The notes: generated by a model not told the origin, from the sequence alone. Counted from the first letter of the stretch, positions 1 through 10,156 are shown. The stretch: 64,000 nt of DNA from an uncultured Pseudomonadota bacterium (GCA_963749075.1 CAVVLJ010000021.1:256001-320000), one strand, 5' to 3'. Program-made: numbers and translations.

Positions 1-621
1 CTCGCCGGCTTCATCAAGCCGAGTGCCGGCCGCGTCGCACTCAACGGCGCCGCCATCGCCGGCCCCGGTCCCGACCGCGGCGTCGTCTTCCAGCAGCCGG
101 CACTCTTCCCCTGGATGAGCGTCTTGGAGAACGCCGAGTTCGGGCCCATGGTGCGCGGCAAGAGCCGCGCCGAGCGGCGCGAGGCGGTGGAGCGCTATCT
201 CGGCCTCGTCGGCCTCGCCGAGTTCCGCAACCGCTACCCCTACCAGCTCTCGGGCGGCATGCAGCAGCGTCTTGCCATCGTGCGCGCCCTCGTCAACGAC
301 CCCAAGGTCCTCCTGATGGACGAGCCCTTCGGCGCGCTCGATGCCTTGACGCGCGAGAAGATGCAGGAGGAGCTCCACGCCGTGTGGCGGCGCACGCGCA
401 TGACCGTGGTCTTCATCACCCACAGCGTCGAGGAGGCGGTCTATCTCGGCACCGAGGTCGTCGTCATGTCGCCTCGCCCGGGCCGCATCATCGAGCGGCT
501 TGCGGTCGGCTTCTCGCGCGCGACCGCGGGCGGCGACGACATCCGCGCCATCAAGGGGAGCCCGGAGTTCGTCGCCACGCGCGAGCGCATCCTCGGCCTC
601 ATCTGGTCGATGGCGTCATAG
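1..621 (+). CDS. ABC transporter ATP-binding protein, nitrate/sulfonate/taurine family (5' partial)
   Basis: LSGGMQQR signature, LLMDEPFGALD Walker B and FITH switch. The frame is open from base 1. Confidence 0.9.
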   Translation, partial: LAGFIKPSAGRVALNGAAIAGPGPDRGVVFQQPALFPWMSVLENAEFGPMVRGKSRAERREAVERYLGLVGLAEFRNRYPYQLSGGMQQRLAIVRALVNDPKVLLMDEPFGALDALTREKMQEELHAVWRRTRMTVVFITHSVEEAVYLGTEVVVMSPRPGRIIERLAVGFSRATAGGDDIRAIKGSPEFVATRERILGLIWSMAS

Positions 622-648
622 CGCGCGGGGAAGAGAACAAGGATTGGA

Positions 649-727
649 ACCACAAAGACACAAAGACACGAAGAAGGCCTCTTGCGCGAAGCGCAATAAA
701 TCCTTCGTGTCTTTGTGTCTTTGTGGT
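649..727. repeat. Perfect 25-bp inverted repeat (649-673/703-727) enclosing a TTGCGC-GAA-GCGCAA mini-hairpin; REP-like element or bidirectional terminator
   Basis: ACCACAAAGACACAAAGACACGAAG and its exact reverse complement lie between convergent genes. Confidence 0.85.
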
Positions 728-748
728 GAATTTTCTTCTCACCTCCCC

Positions 749-2425
749 TCAACCCGTGCCGACCCTCTTCAGCGACCATTTGACCGCCGCCTCCTCGCCC
801 GCGAGCGTGCTCTCGATGACGATCTGCTCGCTGCGCCGGACGCCGCCCGAGCCGCCGAGATAGACGCTCTCCGCGATGGCAAGGCGGCCGCCCGCGGCAT
901 CCAGGCGGAAGCCCATGCGGCCCGGCGTGCGCAAGAGGACGGCCTTGCCGTCCTGCACGAGCGACGCCTGCACCTCGGGATGGAGGTGGAAGCGCACCGC
1001 AAAGGCGAGCGGCTCGCGCCCGGGGCCGAGACGCGCGAGGCGGTCCTCGCCGCGCAGGTCCTCGCCACCGCTTGCGAGATAGAGGCGGCGGCGGTGCAGC
1101 ACGTGGAAGGGCGGCTCGTAGCCGTCGTGGCTGGCATCCACAAGGATGGCGCCGTCCGCTTCCTCGCGCCGCGCCAGCACGTGGCGCGGGCGCCGGCCGA
1201 TGCGGCCGTAGGAGAGGAAATCGCAGGAGTTGGTGTCGGCGAGCACGAGCGTCGAGTGCGCCGCCGTGGCGCGCTGGGCCATCAGCCACTCGCCCTTGGC
1301 GCGCGGCCTCGCGCCGCAATTCACGATGACGCGCTCCTTGCCGTAGGAGAGCTCGAAGCTGAGCGTGCCGGCATGGGCATAGGCCTCGCTGCCCGGCGGC
1401 GGCGGGGGGCCGGTGTCCATGAGCACGAGGCTGCTGCCGGCCTCGAGGCGCTGGAAGCCGGTGTGGGGTGCCGATGGCGGCGGCTTCCCCACCGCATCGG
1501 CCCTCGCGAGCACGGCGTCGATCTCTTGGGCGTCGCCCTCGCCCGTATGATTGAAGAGTGCCAAGCGCCCGTCGCCGTGGCGGAAGAAGCGCAGCATGGG
1601 CGCCATGCGGTCGATGGTCGCCTGCAGCCCCGCCGGCACCCCATGGCGGCCGGCGAGAAGGGTGCCGCGCAGCTCGACGAGGAGCGCCAGCGCCGCGAGA
1701 TGGGTGGCCGGGCTGCGCTGGTAATGGCCGCCGTCGGGCAGCACCTGGACATCGAGCTCGGCCAGGAGGCGGGCCGCCGGCATGACGAGGCGGTCCTTGC
1801 GCCCGGGCAGGCAGGCTGTCGCCGTCACATCGGCGATGAGCGCCTCGAGCCGCCCGTGACCGGCGGGCGCAAGCGCAGCACCGCCGAGCCAGGCGAGACG
1901 GCCCAAATGGCGGAGCTGGCGCGCGATGCTGCGCAGGAGGCGTTTACGGAAGGCGTCGTCGGCGCCGCGCGTGAGGGCTTCGTAGGCGGCGAGCCAGGCG
2001 GCGATGCGGCGGCCGAGCACGTCGCCGCGCCAGGCGAGCGGCGACCACTCGCCGTGGCGCGCGATCCACTCCGAGACGAGCGCCCTGCCCTTCTCGCGCG
2101 CCGCGTCGCTGTCCACGGCCATAACGTCGGCGAGCCAGGCGAAGCCGTGGAGCTCTCTCAGCACGTCCTCGCTTACCGCGGCGGCGAAGGGATCGTCGCC
2201 GGCTATGGTCTCGCCCGCGAGCGTCCATTGGCCGGCGAGGATGGCGGCACCCTGGCGTGCGTCGCCGGGCCTCGCCCCGGGTGCCGAGGCGAGTGCCGCG
2301 GGTGCGGCACCGAGGAGGAGCACGCGGTAGGCGGCACTGGCAAAGACGAGACGCTCGGCAGCCGCACGCAGGCGCTCGCCGAGCCGCCGCAGGCGAGAGC
2401 CGGGAGCCTCCGCGGCGCTGCTCAT
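749..2425 (-). CDS. Heparinase II/III family protein
   Basis: Motifs DGGHYQRSP, HAGTLSFELS, ATAAHST, ASHDGY and RFHLHP. Usual neighbour of rpe in Alphaproteobacteria. Start placed at ATG 2425. Confidence 0.85.
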   Translation of the reverse strand: MSSAAEAPGSRLRRLGERLRAAAERLVFASAAYRVLLLGAAPAALASAPGARPGDARQGAAILAGQWTLAGETIAGDDPFAAAVSEDVLRELHGFAWLADVMAVDSDAAREKGRALVSEWIARHGEWSPLAWRGDVLGRRIAAWLAAYEALTRGADDAFRKRLLRSIARQLRHLGRLAWLGGAALAPAGHGRLEALIADVTATACLPGRKDRLVMPAARLLAELDVQVLPDGGHYQRSPATHLAALALLVELRGTLLAGRHGVPAGLQATIDRMAPMLRFFRHGDGRLALFNHTGEGDAQEIDAVLARADAVGKPPPSAPHTGFQRLEAGSSLVLMDTGPPPPPGSEAYAHAGTLSFELSYGKERVIVNCGARPRAKGEWLMAQRATAAHSTLVLADTNSCDFLSYGRIGRRPRHVLARREEADGAILVDASHDGYEPPFHVLHRRRLYLASGGEDLRGEDRLARLGPGREPLAFAVRFHLHPEVQASLVQDGKAVLLRTPGRMGFRLDAAGGRLAIAESVYLGGSGGVRRSEQIVIESTLAGEEAAVKWSLKRVGTG

Positions 2426-2462
2426 CGCGGCTGCCCGCTGCCGGCGGCAGCCAGCGCCGCCA

Positions 2463-3128
2463 TCAGCCGGTCCCCCTGAGCCTGGCGATGTTGGCGGCGT
2501 AGGAGCCCGGGCCGCCGCCGAAGGTGGCGGTGCCGGCCACCAGCACGTCGGCACCGGCCTTGACCGCCTCGCGCGCCGTCTCGAAGTTGATGCCGCCGTC
2601 GACCTCGAGCTCGACCGTCTTGCCGAGCCGGTCGATGCGCGCGCGCAGCTCGCGCAGCTTGTCGAGCTGGGAGGCGATGAAGCTCTGCCCGCCGAAGCCG
2701 GGATTGACGCTCATCACCAAGACGAGGTCGAGATCGCCGAGCACGTAATCGATGGCCTCGACGGGGGTAGCAGGGTTGAGCGCCGCACCCGCCTTCTTGC
2801 CGAGCGACTTGACGAGCTGGATCGTGCGGTGGAGATGGGGCCCCGCCTCGGGATGCACGGTGATGATGTCGGCACCCGCCTCGGCGAACTGGGCGACGTA
2901 GGCATCGGCCGGCGAGATCATGAGATGCACGTCGAAGGGAAGCTGGGTGTGCGGCCGCAGCGCCCTCACGACCGCGGGACCTATGGTGAGGTTGGGCACG
3001 AAATGCCCGTCCATCACGTCGATGTGGATATAGTCGGCGCCGGCCGCGGCAACCGCGCGCACCTCCTCGCCCAGCCTCGCGAAGTCGGCCGAGAGAATGG
3101 AGGGAGCGACGCGGACGGCACGCGGCAT
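2463..3128 (-). CDS. rpe: Ribulose-phosphate 3-epimerase
   Basis: [38 protein letters not shown] and VDGGI motifs. Confidence 0.97.
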   Translation of the reverse strand: MPRAVRVAPSILSADFARLGEEVRAVAAAGADYIHIDVMDGHFVPNLTIGPAVVRALRPHTQLPFDVHLMISPADAYVAQFAEAGADIITVHPEAGPHLHRTIQLVKSLGKKAGAALNPATPVEAIDYVLGDLDLVLVMSVNPGFGGQSFIASQLDKLRELRARIDRLGKTVELEVDGGINFETAREAVKAGADVLVAGTATFGGGPGSYAANIARLRGTG

Positions 3129-3157
3129 GAGGAGGTTCCTATCAGCTTGGAGAATCG

Positions 3158-5710
3158 GCCGCAAGGCTTGCCCGAAGGAATGGGGCGTCCACTAGCGTTT
3201 GAAGCAAGCCAGCGCGCTTGCATGGCTCAGTGCGACGAACATGCCGCTGTCGGTTTGAAGGGCACTCTTTACCTGACCGGGGACAGATTGACGGACGCGT
3301 CCTGCTCTCCGTGCGCACATCTAAAGCCGGCTACGGTGCCTTTGAATTCGTTGGATGTGAACTTGCCGACAAGATTGTGGCTGCCTACCTTTGCATTGAC
3401 GGTTCCGTCGTGCGCAATCTCGCCAGAGACATCGAAAGTCGGTTTGTTATACCGGTTTTCAAAATGAGCCGTGCCAGTCAGCACATTGTTCGTCACGGTG
3501 ATCGCAAAATAAAACGGGCAAGAGACAGGCCCGTAGGACAACAATGCCTGCCCCTTCCAGGCTCCATCATGCGCTCCAGGCGAAGCGGTGGGACTTGCGA
3601 TCGCTTTGCTCGAAGGTGCGATCATGGCCTGCTGCTGCGGTCTAGAGGATTCGGCGTCAGCCGCGTTCGATGCCGTTGGGCTGTCGGTTTTCCGCTGATC
3701 GGCCTCGGCGATGTTCTGCCGTCGCGTCGCCTCCTGCCGAGCCTTGAGCGCCGCCTCGTCCGCTTTCTGCCGCTGGGCGGCCTCCTCTGTCTTGCGCCGC
3801 TCCGTCTCCTCAGCCTTCTGACGCTGCACTGCTTCCTCATCCTTCACCAGAGCATCGCGCAAGTTCTTCGCCTGCTCGGCGTAAGCGCCGGTGGGGTAGC
3901 GTCTTAGGAACCCGCTTACGACGCTGCTCTGCTTGGCATCCTTGACCCGCTGCCAGTCCGCTTCCTCTGTCTTCTGCCGTCGCGCTGCCTCCTCGTTCTT
4001 TAGCAGAGCATCGTGCAGGATTTTCGCCTCCTCGGAGTGGGTCCCTGCCGGATAGCGCCGCAGGAAGTCTGCCACCACGGCGCTCTGCTTGGCGTCCTTC
4101 GCGCGCTGCCAGTCTGTTTCCTCGGCGGCCGTCAAGTCTTGGATCGCGTCTCCCGGTAGAAAGCCGCGCACTTTGTTGTCCAAGCTCGCCACGCGGAACC
4201 AGCCCGTATCCTTGACCCGGCCAGTTACCTTTAGCGACACGCCCGGCTCCAGCGCCTTCACCAGTCTGGCCTCAGCTAGCGGTTTCTCGCGGACGTTCGC
4301 GCGCTTGACCGTGATGTAGGAGCCCTTGAACTCCTCGATGGCCGTCTCTGGCTGCGGCGGGAGCGCCGCCATCTGGCCCCGCTTCAGCCCTTCGATCATC
4401 ACCTTTGCCAGGCCAGCGAAGGTGCCCTGGGGGAATTGCGTCAGGTACGCGTCGAAGTCCGCCGCGTTCGTGCTGTCTTTGACGATTGCCAGAATACGAT
4501 CTCCGTCGTCGGACGCTGGCGAGCCAGGGCGGCGTGGTAGTCGCCCGCGGCTCGGCCTTCAATGCCGCCAGCCGATTGCGCGCCAATTCTTGAAGTTCAC
4601 CCTTCGGGAAATTGCGTCAGGTATGCCTCGAAGTCCGCCGGGTTCTTGCTGTCCTTGATCGACTGCCAGAACACGATCTCCTTGTCCGGCTCCGCTGGCT
4701 GCACGACAGCCGGAGGCGGCGCCGGTGCGGGTGCCGGCGGCACGAAATAGAACTCGCCGACCAGCGACGAGGACTCCCATGGCACCTGCTTGCCTTGCGA
4801 GCGCTCCACCACGGAGGCGCGCACGCGCCTGAACAGCTGCTCGACCTCCAGCCCGGGCGCGGTCATCGACTTCAAGAGCTCCGCCGTAAAGAGTCCGTGC
4901 GCGCTGTCGCCATCTGCCGCCACACCGCCCGGCGCCGTGGCATAGGAGATCAGGGTACCGCGCGCGGCGTCGATTGCCGCGAGCCCGCCCGAGAGGCCGC
5001 GCAGCCCACGCCCAAACGGGCTGTCGCGGCAGGCGTCGAGAATCACCAGGGCTATCCGGGATTGCGCGATATTGAAGCGATCGGTCACCACCTCCATGGG
5101 AAACGTCTCGAATGGGATCGCGTCGTCGCTTTCCACCTTGGCATCTACGGGGAGCAAGTAATTCAATCCTCTGAGCTGCATGCCGTGCCCGGCATAGTAG
5201 AAGAGCGCCACGCCGTCATGCGGCAGTGCTCGGCTGAACTCGACGAACGCGGTCTGCATTGCCTTGAGATCGGCGTCCTCGACTTCGATCACCTTGAAGC
5301 CAACGTCGCGCAGCTCCTGTGCCATGGCGCGGGCATCGTTGACCGGATTCTTGAGCTTCGGCACGCCTGCGGCGCGATAGTCGCCATTGCCGATGACGAG
5401 TGCCACGCGGGGCTCGGTGGCCTCGGCAAGCGCGCGGCCGCCCGAGAACGCCGCGAGCAAAACCACCGCAGCGAAGAGAACCGCCGACGGCGCACGCCAC
5501 GCCCTGAGAGGCGCGCCCTGCCGGCCAGCCGTCGGACTGAACGAAGCTCTGCCTTGATGCTGCAGCGAGCCCACCTCGTCCCCCTGGCGTCGAGGAAGCG
5601 CCGATCTCGCTCACAGGGCGAAAATTAACATCGACCCGGGCGATGTGTCGACTTTGATCCGCTGCCTGCGAGGAGCGCCGCTCGGCAGCGGACCGCCGCA
5701 AGGCTTGCCC
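3158..5710. repeat. 16-bp direct repeat GCCGCAAGGCTTGCCC at 3158-3173 and 5695-5710, flanking the caspase-domain gene
   Basis: Both copies are identical by direct reading. Confidence 0.8.
3269..5574 (-). pseudogene. Secreted caspase-like (peptidase C14) protein with helical repeats, an SH3-like domain and a coiled coil; frameshifted near 4485-4600
   Basis: RVALVIGN, YYAGHG and ILDACR (His/Cys dyad). The repeat W..KDS...F..YL..FP.G runs across frames. NVREKP...GWFRV is SH3b-like. The indels may be sequencing errors. Confidence 0.75.
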
Positions 5711-5740
5711 TCGCCGCGTAATTCGGCGATTCCTTCTGCC

Positions 5741-6799
5741 ATGAAGCGCATCGGCATCGTCGGCGCCGGCGCCTGGGGAACGGCGCTCGCCCTCGTCCTT
5801 GGCCGCGCCGGACGCGAGGTCGTGCTCTGGGCCCACGAGCGCGAGGTGGTGCAGGCGATCAACGCCGGCCACGAGAACCCGCTCTATCTTCCCGGCGTCA
5901 AGCTTCCTCCCGCGGTCCGTGCCACGGCGGAGCTCGCCGACTTGGCCGCCGCGGAGGCGATCCTCCTCGTCACCCCAGCGCAGCATCTGCGCACCCTCGC
6001 GCGGGCGCTCGCGGTCCGGCTCCGCAGCGGCACCCCGATCCTCATCGCCACCAAGGGCATCGAGCAAGGTACCTCGGCGCTCATGAGCGAGATCGTGGCC
6101 GAGGAAGTGCCGGCCGCCCCGCTCGCCGTGCTCTCGGGCCCGAGCTTCGCCGCCGAGGTGGTGCTGGGGCTGCCGATGGCCTTGACGCTCGCGGCGCGCG
6201 ACGCCGGCCTCGGTGCCAAGCTCGTGCGCGCCGTCGGCAGCCGGCACTTGCGGCCCTATCTCTCCGACGATCCCGTTGGCGTCGAGATCGGCGGTGCTAC
6301 CAAGAACGTCATCGCCATCGCCTGCGGCATCGTCGCCGGACGGCGGCTCGGCGACAATGCGCGCGCCGCCCTCATCACCCGCGGCCTCGCCGAGATGGCG
6401 CGGCTCGGCGTCGCCAAGGGCGCCCGCGCCGAGACCTTCATGGGCCTCTCGGGCTTGGGCGATCTCACCCTCACCTGCAACGGCGCCCAGTCGCGCAACT
6501 TCTCGCTCGGCCTGGCGCTCGGCCAAGGGCGGGCGCTTGCCGGCATCCTCTCCGAGCGCCGCTCCGTGGCCGAGGGGGTGACGACGGCGCCGGCGGTGGT
6601 CGCCCTCGCGCGCCGGCTTGGCGTCGACATGCCGATCTCGCGCGCGGTCGAGGCGGTGCTGCACGAGGGTGCGGCGATCGACGCCACCATCGCGGGCCTG
6701 CTCGCGCGGCCCTTCAAGAGCGAGGGGACGGCCAAGGGGACGGCCAAGGGGACGGCCAAGGGGACGGCAAGGCTGGAACGTCCTCCCGAGTTGCGCTAG
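5741..6799 (+). CDS. gpsA: NAD(P)H-dependent glycerol-3-phosphate dehydrogenase
   Basis: GAGAWGTALA, TKGIE, LSGPSFA, KNVIAIACG, GLGDLTLTC and SRNF motifs. Confidence 0.96.
   Translation: MKRIGIVGAGAWGTALALVLGRAGREVVLWAHEREVVQAINAGHENPLYLPGVKLPPAVRATAELADLAAAEAILLVTPAQHLRTLARALAVRLRSGTPILIATKGIEQGTSALMSEIVAEEVPAAPLAVLSGPSFAAEVVLGLPMALTLAARDAGLGAKLVRAVGSRHLRPYLSDDPVGVEIGGATKNVIAIACGIVAGRRLGDNARAALITRGLAEMARLGVAKGARAETFMGLSGLGDLTLTCNGAQSRNFSLGLALGQGRALAGILSERRSVAEGVTTAPAVVALARRLGVDMPISRAVEAVLHEGAAIDATIAGLLARPFKSEGTAKGTAKGTAKGTARLERPPELR
6724..6770 (+). repeat. 12-bp tandem repeat GGGGACGGCCAA, 3 full copies plus a partial one, encoding (GTAK)n at the GpsA C-terminus
   Basis: Identical units read directly. 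Confidence 0.9.
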
Positions 6800-6840
6800 G
6801 GTCGCGCGCGGCAGCCCGATTGCCGAGGACGAGTGCCTCC

Positions 6841-7254
6841 ATGGCCCATTGGCTCTTCAAGTCCGAGCCTGGCGAGTTCTCCTGGGACGACCTGGTGGCA
6901 AAGGGTGCGAGCGCCTGGGACGGCGTGCGCAACCACCAGGCCGCCAACAACATGAAGGCGATGAAGCTCGGCGAGCGCGGCTTTTTCTATCACTCGGTCG
7001 ACGAGAAGCGCATCGTCGGCGTGCTCGAGGTCTCGGGCCTCTACCGCCCGGACCCGAGCGACGCGAGCGGCCGCTTCGGCATGGTAGAGGTGCGCCCGGT
7101 CATGCCGGTGGCACGGCCGGTGACGCTCGCCGAGATCAAGGCCTCGCCTCGCCTCGGCAATCTCTTGCTGGTGCGCCAGTCGCGCCTCTCGGTGGTGCCG
7201 ATCGGCGACGCCGAGTGGCGGCTCCTCAGCAAGATGGCCGGCGTCAAGCCGTGA
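6841..7254 (+). CDS. EVE domain protein
   Basis: [21 protein letters not shown] and RQSRLSV motifs. Confidence 0.93.
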   Translation: MAHWLFKSEPGEFSWDDLVAKGASAWDGVRNHQAANNMKAMKLGERGFFYHSVDEKRIVGVLEVSGLYRPDPSDASGRFGMVEVRPVMPVARPVTLAEIKASPRLGNLLLVRQSRLSVVPIGDAEWRLLSKMAGVKP

Positions 7255-7655
7255 GCGGCGCCGCGGCACAGCAGCTCCTCTGCCGCCTCGAAGAGATCCC
7301 GGAGGGCGAGGGCCGCGGCTTCACGCTCGGCGCGGGCGAGGAGCGCACGCTCGTTTTCGTGGTGCGCAGCAGCGGCCGCGTGCACGGCTACCTCAACAGC
7401 TGCCCCCACATCGGCACGCCGCTCGACATGGTGCCCGACCGCTTCATGACGCAGGACAAGCGCCACATCCTCTGCATGACCCACGGCGCGCGCTTCCGCG
7501 TCTACGACGGCTATTGCTTCACCGGTCCCTGCCAGGGCCAGTCGCTCGCCCGCATCGCGCTCGCCGTCAAGGACGGCGCCGTCGTCCTCGAGCGGGCGCC
7601 GGAGCGGCACGCTCAGAAATCGATGCAGCGCCCCTTGCGCTCCCAGTCGCCGTAG
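7251..7655 (+). CDS. Rieske (2Fe-2S) ferredoxin
   Basis: CPHIG...CMTHGARF and GPC motifs. The GTG start overlaps the EVE stop (GTGA). Confidence 0.88.
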   Translation: MSGAAAQQLLCRLEEIPEGEGRGFTLGAGEERTLVFVVRSSGRVHGYLNSCPHIGTPLDMVPDRFMTQDKRHILCMTHGARFRVYDGYCFTGPCQGQSLARIALAVKDGAVVLERAPERHAQKSMQRPLRSQSP

Positions 7656-7846
7656 CGCGTGGGCTCCGGCCCCTCCGGGCCGCCGGTCTCGGGGACCTTC
7701 TTCGCGGAAGCCGGCCGTCCCTCACCCCGACCTCGATCCGCTTCGCGGCTCGAGCCCGCAAGCGGGAGAGGGAGGGGCCCGTTGCGCAGCAACGGGAGGG
7801 TGAGGGAATCCACGGCATCGCCCAATTTCTTCTCATTCTCGCTCAT
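7613..7846 (-). CDS. DUF1674 family protein (SDHAF4-like) with a palindromic insert
   Basis: C-terminal [23 protein letters not shown]. Confidence 0.9.
   Translation of the reverse strand: MSENEKKLGDAVDSLTLPLLRNGPLPLPLAGSSREADRGRGEGRPASAKKVPETGGPEGPEPTRYGDWERKGRCIDF
7719..7806. repeat. CCCTCACCC...GGGAGAGGG...GGGTGAGGG palindromic element (CIR/RPE-like) inside the DUF1674 ORF
   Basis: 9-bp terminal IR plus internal hairpins CCGC-TTC-GCGG, CCCGC-AA-GCGGG and CCCGTTGC-GCA-GCAACGGG. Confidence 0.75.
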
Positions 7847-7890
7847 AGCTTTGACCATAGGTCGCGCCCGCCCGCCTGCCAAGCTGCGAT

Positions 7891-7918
7891 CTTGATCAAT
7901 CGGCCTGCCTCCCCATCT
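7891..7918 (+). promoter_or_regulatory. Sigma32 (RpoH) promoter of htpX
   Basis: CTTGATC-N13-CCCCATCT matches the CTTGAAA-N13/14-CCCCATNT consensus and lies upstream of a known heat-shock gene. Confidence 0.7.
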
Positions 7919-7927
7919 ATGTCAGTC

Positions 7928-8806
7928 ATGAACACGCTCCGCACCGGATTGCTCATAGCGGCGCTGACAGCACTCTTCATGGCCGTCGGCTGGCTCGTCG
8001 GCGGCACGGCCGGCATGGCGATCGCCTTCGTCGCCGCCGCGGGCATGAACCTCTTCGCCTATTGGAACTCGGACCGCATGGTGCTCGGCCTCTATGGCGC
8101 GCGCGAGGTCGACCGGGCCTCCGCACCCGGCCTCTACGGCATCGTCGAGCAGCTCGCCGACCGCGCCGAGATCCCCATGCCGCGCGTCTATGTCGTGGAG
8201 CAGGACCAGCCCAACGCCTTTGCCACCGGCCGCGACCCGGCCCATGCCGCCGTCTGCGTGACCTCCGGCCTCTTGCGCATCGTGAGCCACGAGGAGCTCG
8301 CCGGCGTGCTCGGTCACGAGCTCGGCCACATCAAGCACCGCGACACCCTCACCATGACGATCACCGCGACGATCGCCGGTGCCATCGGCATGCTCGCCAA
8401 CTTCGCCTTCTTCCTCGGCGCCTTCGGCGGGCGCGACGAGCGCGGCAACCCGCTCGGCATCGTCGGTACCATCCTCGTGGCCCTTCTGGCGCCCGTCGCC
8501 GCTACCCTCGTGCAGCTCGCCATCAGCCGCAGCCGCGAGTACGAGGCGGACCGCGCCGGCGCCGAGGTCTCGGGCCATCCCCTGTGGCTCGCCGCGGCGC
8601 TCGAGAAGATCGAGCCCTACGCGCGCGGCACGCCCAATCCCGTGGCGGCGGCGCATCCGGCGACGGCACATCTCTTCATCGTCAACCCGCTCGCGGGCGA
8701 GCGCATGAACAACCTCTTCGCCAGCCACCCCGCGACCGAGAACCGCATCCGCCGCCTGCGCGAGATGGCGGGTGCCGCCGGCCCGGCCGCCAGCCCCTGG
8801 GGCTGA
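7928..8806 (+). CDS. htpX: Zinc metalloprotease HtpX
   Basis: [25 protein letters not shown] and FASHP motifs. An alternative ATG lies at 7919. Confidence 0.96.
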   Translation: MNTLRTGLLIAALTALFMAVGWLVGGTAGMAIAFVAAAGMNLFAYWNSDRMVLGLYGAREVDRASAPGLYGIVEQLADRAEIPMPRVYVVEQDQPNAFATGRDPAHAAVCVTSGLLRIVSHEELAGVLGHELGHIKHRDTLTMTITATIAGAIGMLANFAFFLGAFGGRDERGNPLGIVGTILVALLAPVAATLVQLAISRSREYEADRAGAEVSGHPLWLAAALEKIEPYARGTPNPVAAAHPATAHLFIVNPLAGERMNNLFASHPATENRIRRLREMAGAAGPAASPWG

Positions 8807-8830
8807 GCGCGCGCCGCGGGCGGCACGGCG

Positions 8831-10156
8831 ATGAGCCGCCCCGGCAATGAGGCCGCTCTAGGCCCTGCCGCCGCCAAGCCCGCGGCCCGTGCCGTGGCGC
8901 TCGACATTCTCGCTTCCGTGCTCGACGCGCGGCGTCCCTTCGACGAGCTCTTCGACGGCCATCGCGGTCTCGCCACACTCGAGGCGCGCGACCGCGCCTT
9001 CGTGCATCTCATGGTGGCGACGACGCTGCGCCGCCTCGGCCAGATCGACGCCCTCATCGCCCATTGCCTGGCGCGTCCGCTCCCGGCCAAGGCGGCAACC
9101 GCGCGCCATCTCCTCCGCTTAGGGGTGGCCCAGCTCCTTTTTCTCAAGGTGCCGCCCCATGCCGCGGTGGGCGAGACGGTAGCGGTCGCGGACGCCATCG
9201 GCTGGGGCGGCTTCAAGGGCCTCATCAACGCCGTGCTGCGCCGGCTGGCGGGGGAGGGCGAGGCGCTCGCGGCCGGCCAGGACGCCGAGCGCCTCACCAC
9301 GCCGGACTGGCTGTGGCAGAGCTGGAGCAGCAGCTATGGCGAGGAGACGGCCCGCGCCATCGCCAAGGCGAACCTCGCCGAGGCGGCCCTCGACCTCACG
9401 GTCAAGGGGGATCGCGAGCGCTGGGCCGCCGTGCTCGGCGCGGCCCTGCTGCCGACCGGGAGCTTGCGCCTGGCCGCGGCCGGCGACGTGCGGGCGCTCC
9501 CCGGCTTCGCCGAGGGCGCCTGGTGGGTGCAGGACTCGGCGGCGGCTTTGCCCGCACGGCTCTTGGGCGAGATTGCGGGGAAGCGCGTGCTCGATCTCTG
9601 CGCCGCCCCCGGCGGCAAGACGGCGCAATTGGCACAAGCGGGTGCTGCGGTGACCGCCCTCGACCGCTCGGCCCAGCGCTTGAAGCGCGTCGCGGAGAAT
9701 CTGGCGCGGCTCCGCTTGACCGCCAACCTCATCGCCGCTGACGTGGTCCTGTGGCGGCCCGAGGAGCCCGCGGACGCCGTGCTCCTCGATGCGCCCTGCA
9801 CGGCCACGGGAGCCATCCGGCGCCATCCCGACGTGCGGCACCTGAAGACGCCGGCCGACGTGGCGCGCATGGCAGCCGAGCAGGACCGCCTGCTGCGCGC
9901 CGCACTGGCCATGCTGCGGCCGGGCGGCCTCCTCGTCTACGCGGTGTGCTCGCTCGAGCCCGAGGAGGGTCCGGCGCGCATCGCGGCACTCGTGGAAGCG
10001 GGCCTGCCGGTCAGGCGGCGCGCCATCGAGCCGCGCGAGCTCGCCGGCTTGGCGGAGCTCGTGAGCGAGGCGGGCGATCTGCGCACGCTGCCCTGCCATC
10101 TCGCGGAGCTCGGCGGCCTCGACGGCTTCTACGCCTGCCGCCTCGAGCGGTTATAG
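8831..10156 (+). CDS. rsmB: RsmB/Sun family RNA m5C methyltransferase with NusB-like N-domain
   Basis: WWVQD, DLCAAPGGKT, LLDAPCTATG, YAVCSLEPEEG and DGFY motifs. Confidence 0.9.
   Translation: MSRPGNEAALGPAAAKPAARAVALDILASVLDARRPFDELFDGHRGLATLEARDRAFVHLMVATTLRRLGQIDALIAHCLARPLPAKAATARHLLRLGVAQLLFLKVPPHAAVGETVAVADAIGWGGFKGLINAVLRRLAGEGEALAAGQDAERLTTPDWLWQSWSSSYGEETARAIAKANLAEAALDLTVKGDRERWAAVLGAALLPTGSLRLAAAGDVRALPGFAEGAWWVQDSAAALPARLLGEIAGKRVLDLCAAPGGKTAQLAQAGAAVTALDRSAQRLKRVAENLARLRLTANLIAADVVLWRPEEPADAVLLDAPCTATGAIRRHPDVRHLKTPADVARMAAEQDRLLRAALAMLRPGGLLVYAVCSLEPEEGPARIAALVEAGLPVRRRAIEPRELAGLAELVSEAGDLRTLPCHLAELGGLDGFYACRLERL

Noticed and set aside
749-2425. Heparin-degradation locus
   Set aside because: This family is a conserved neighbour of rpe in Alphaproteobacteria, and no other glycosaminoglycan utilisation genes are present.
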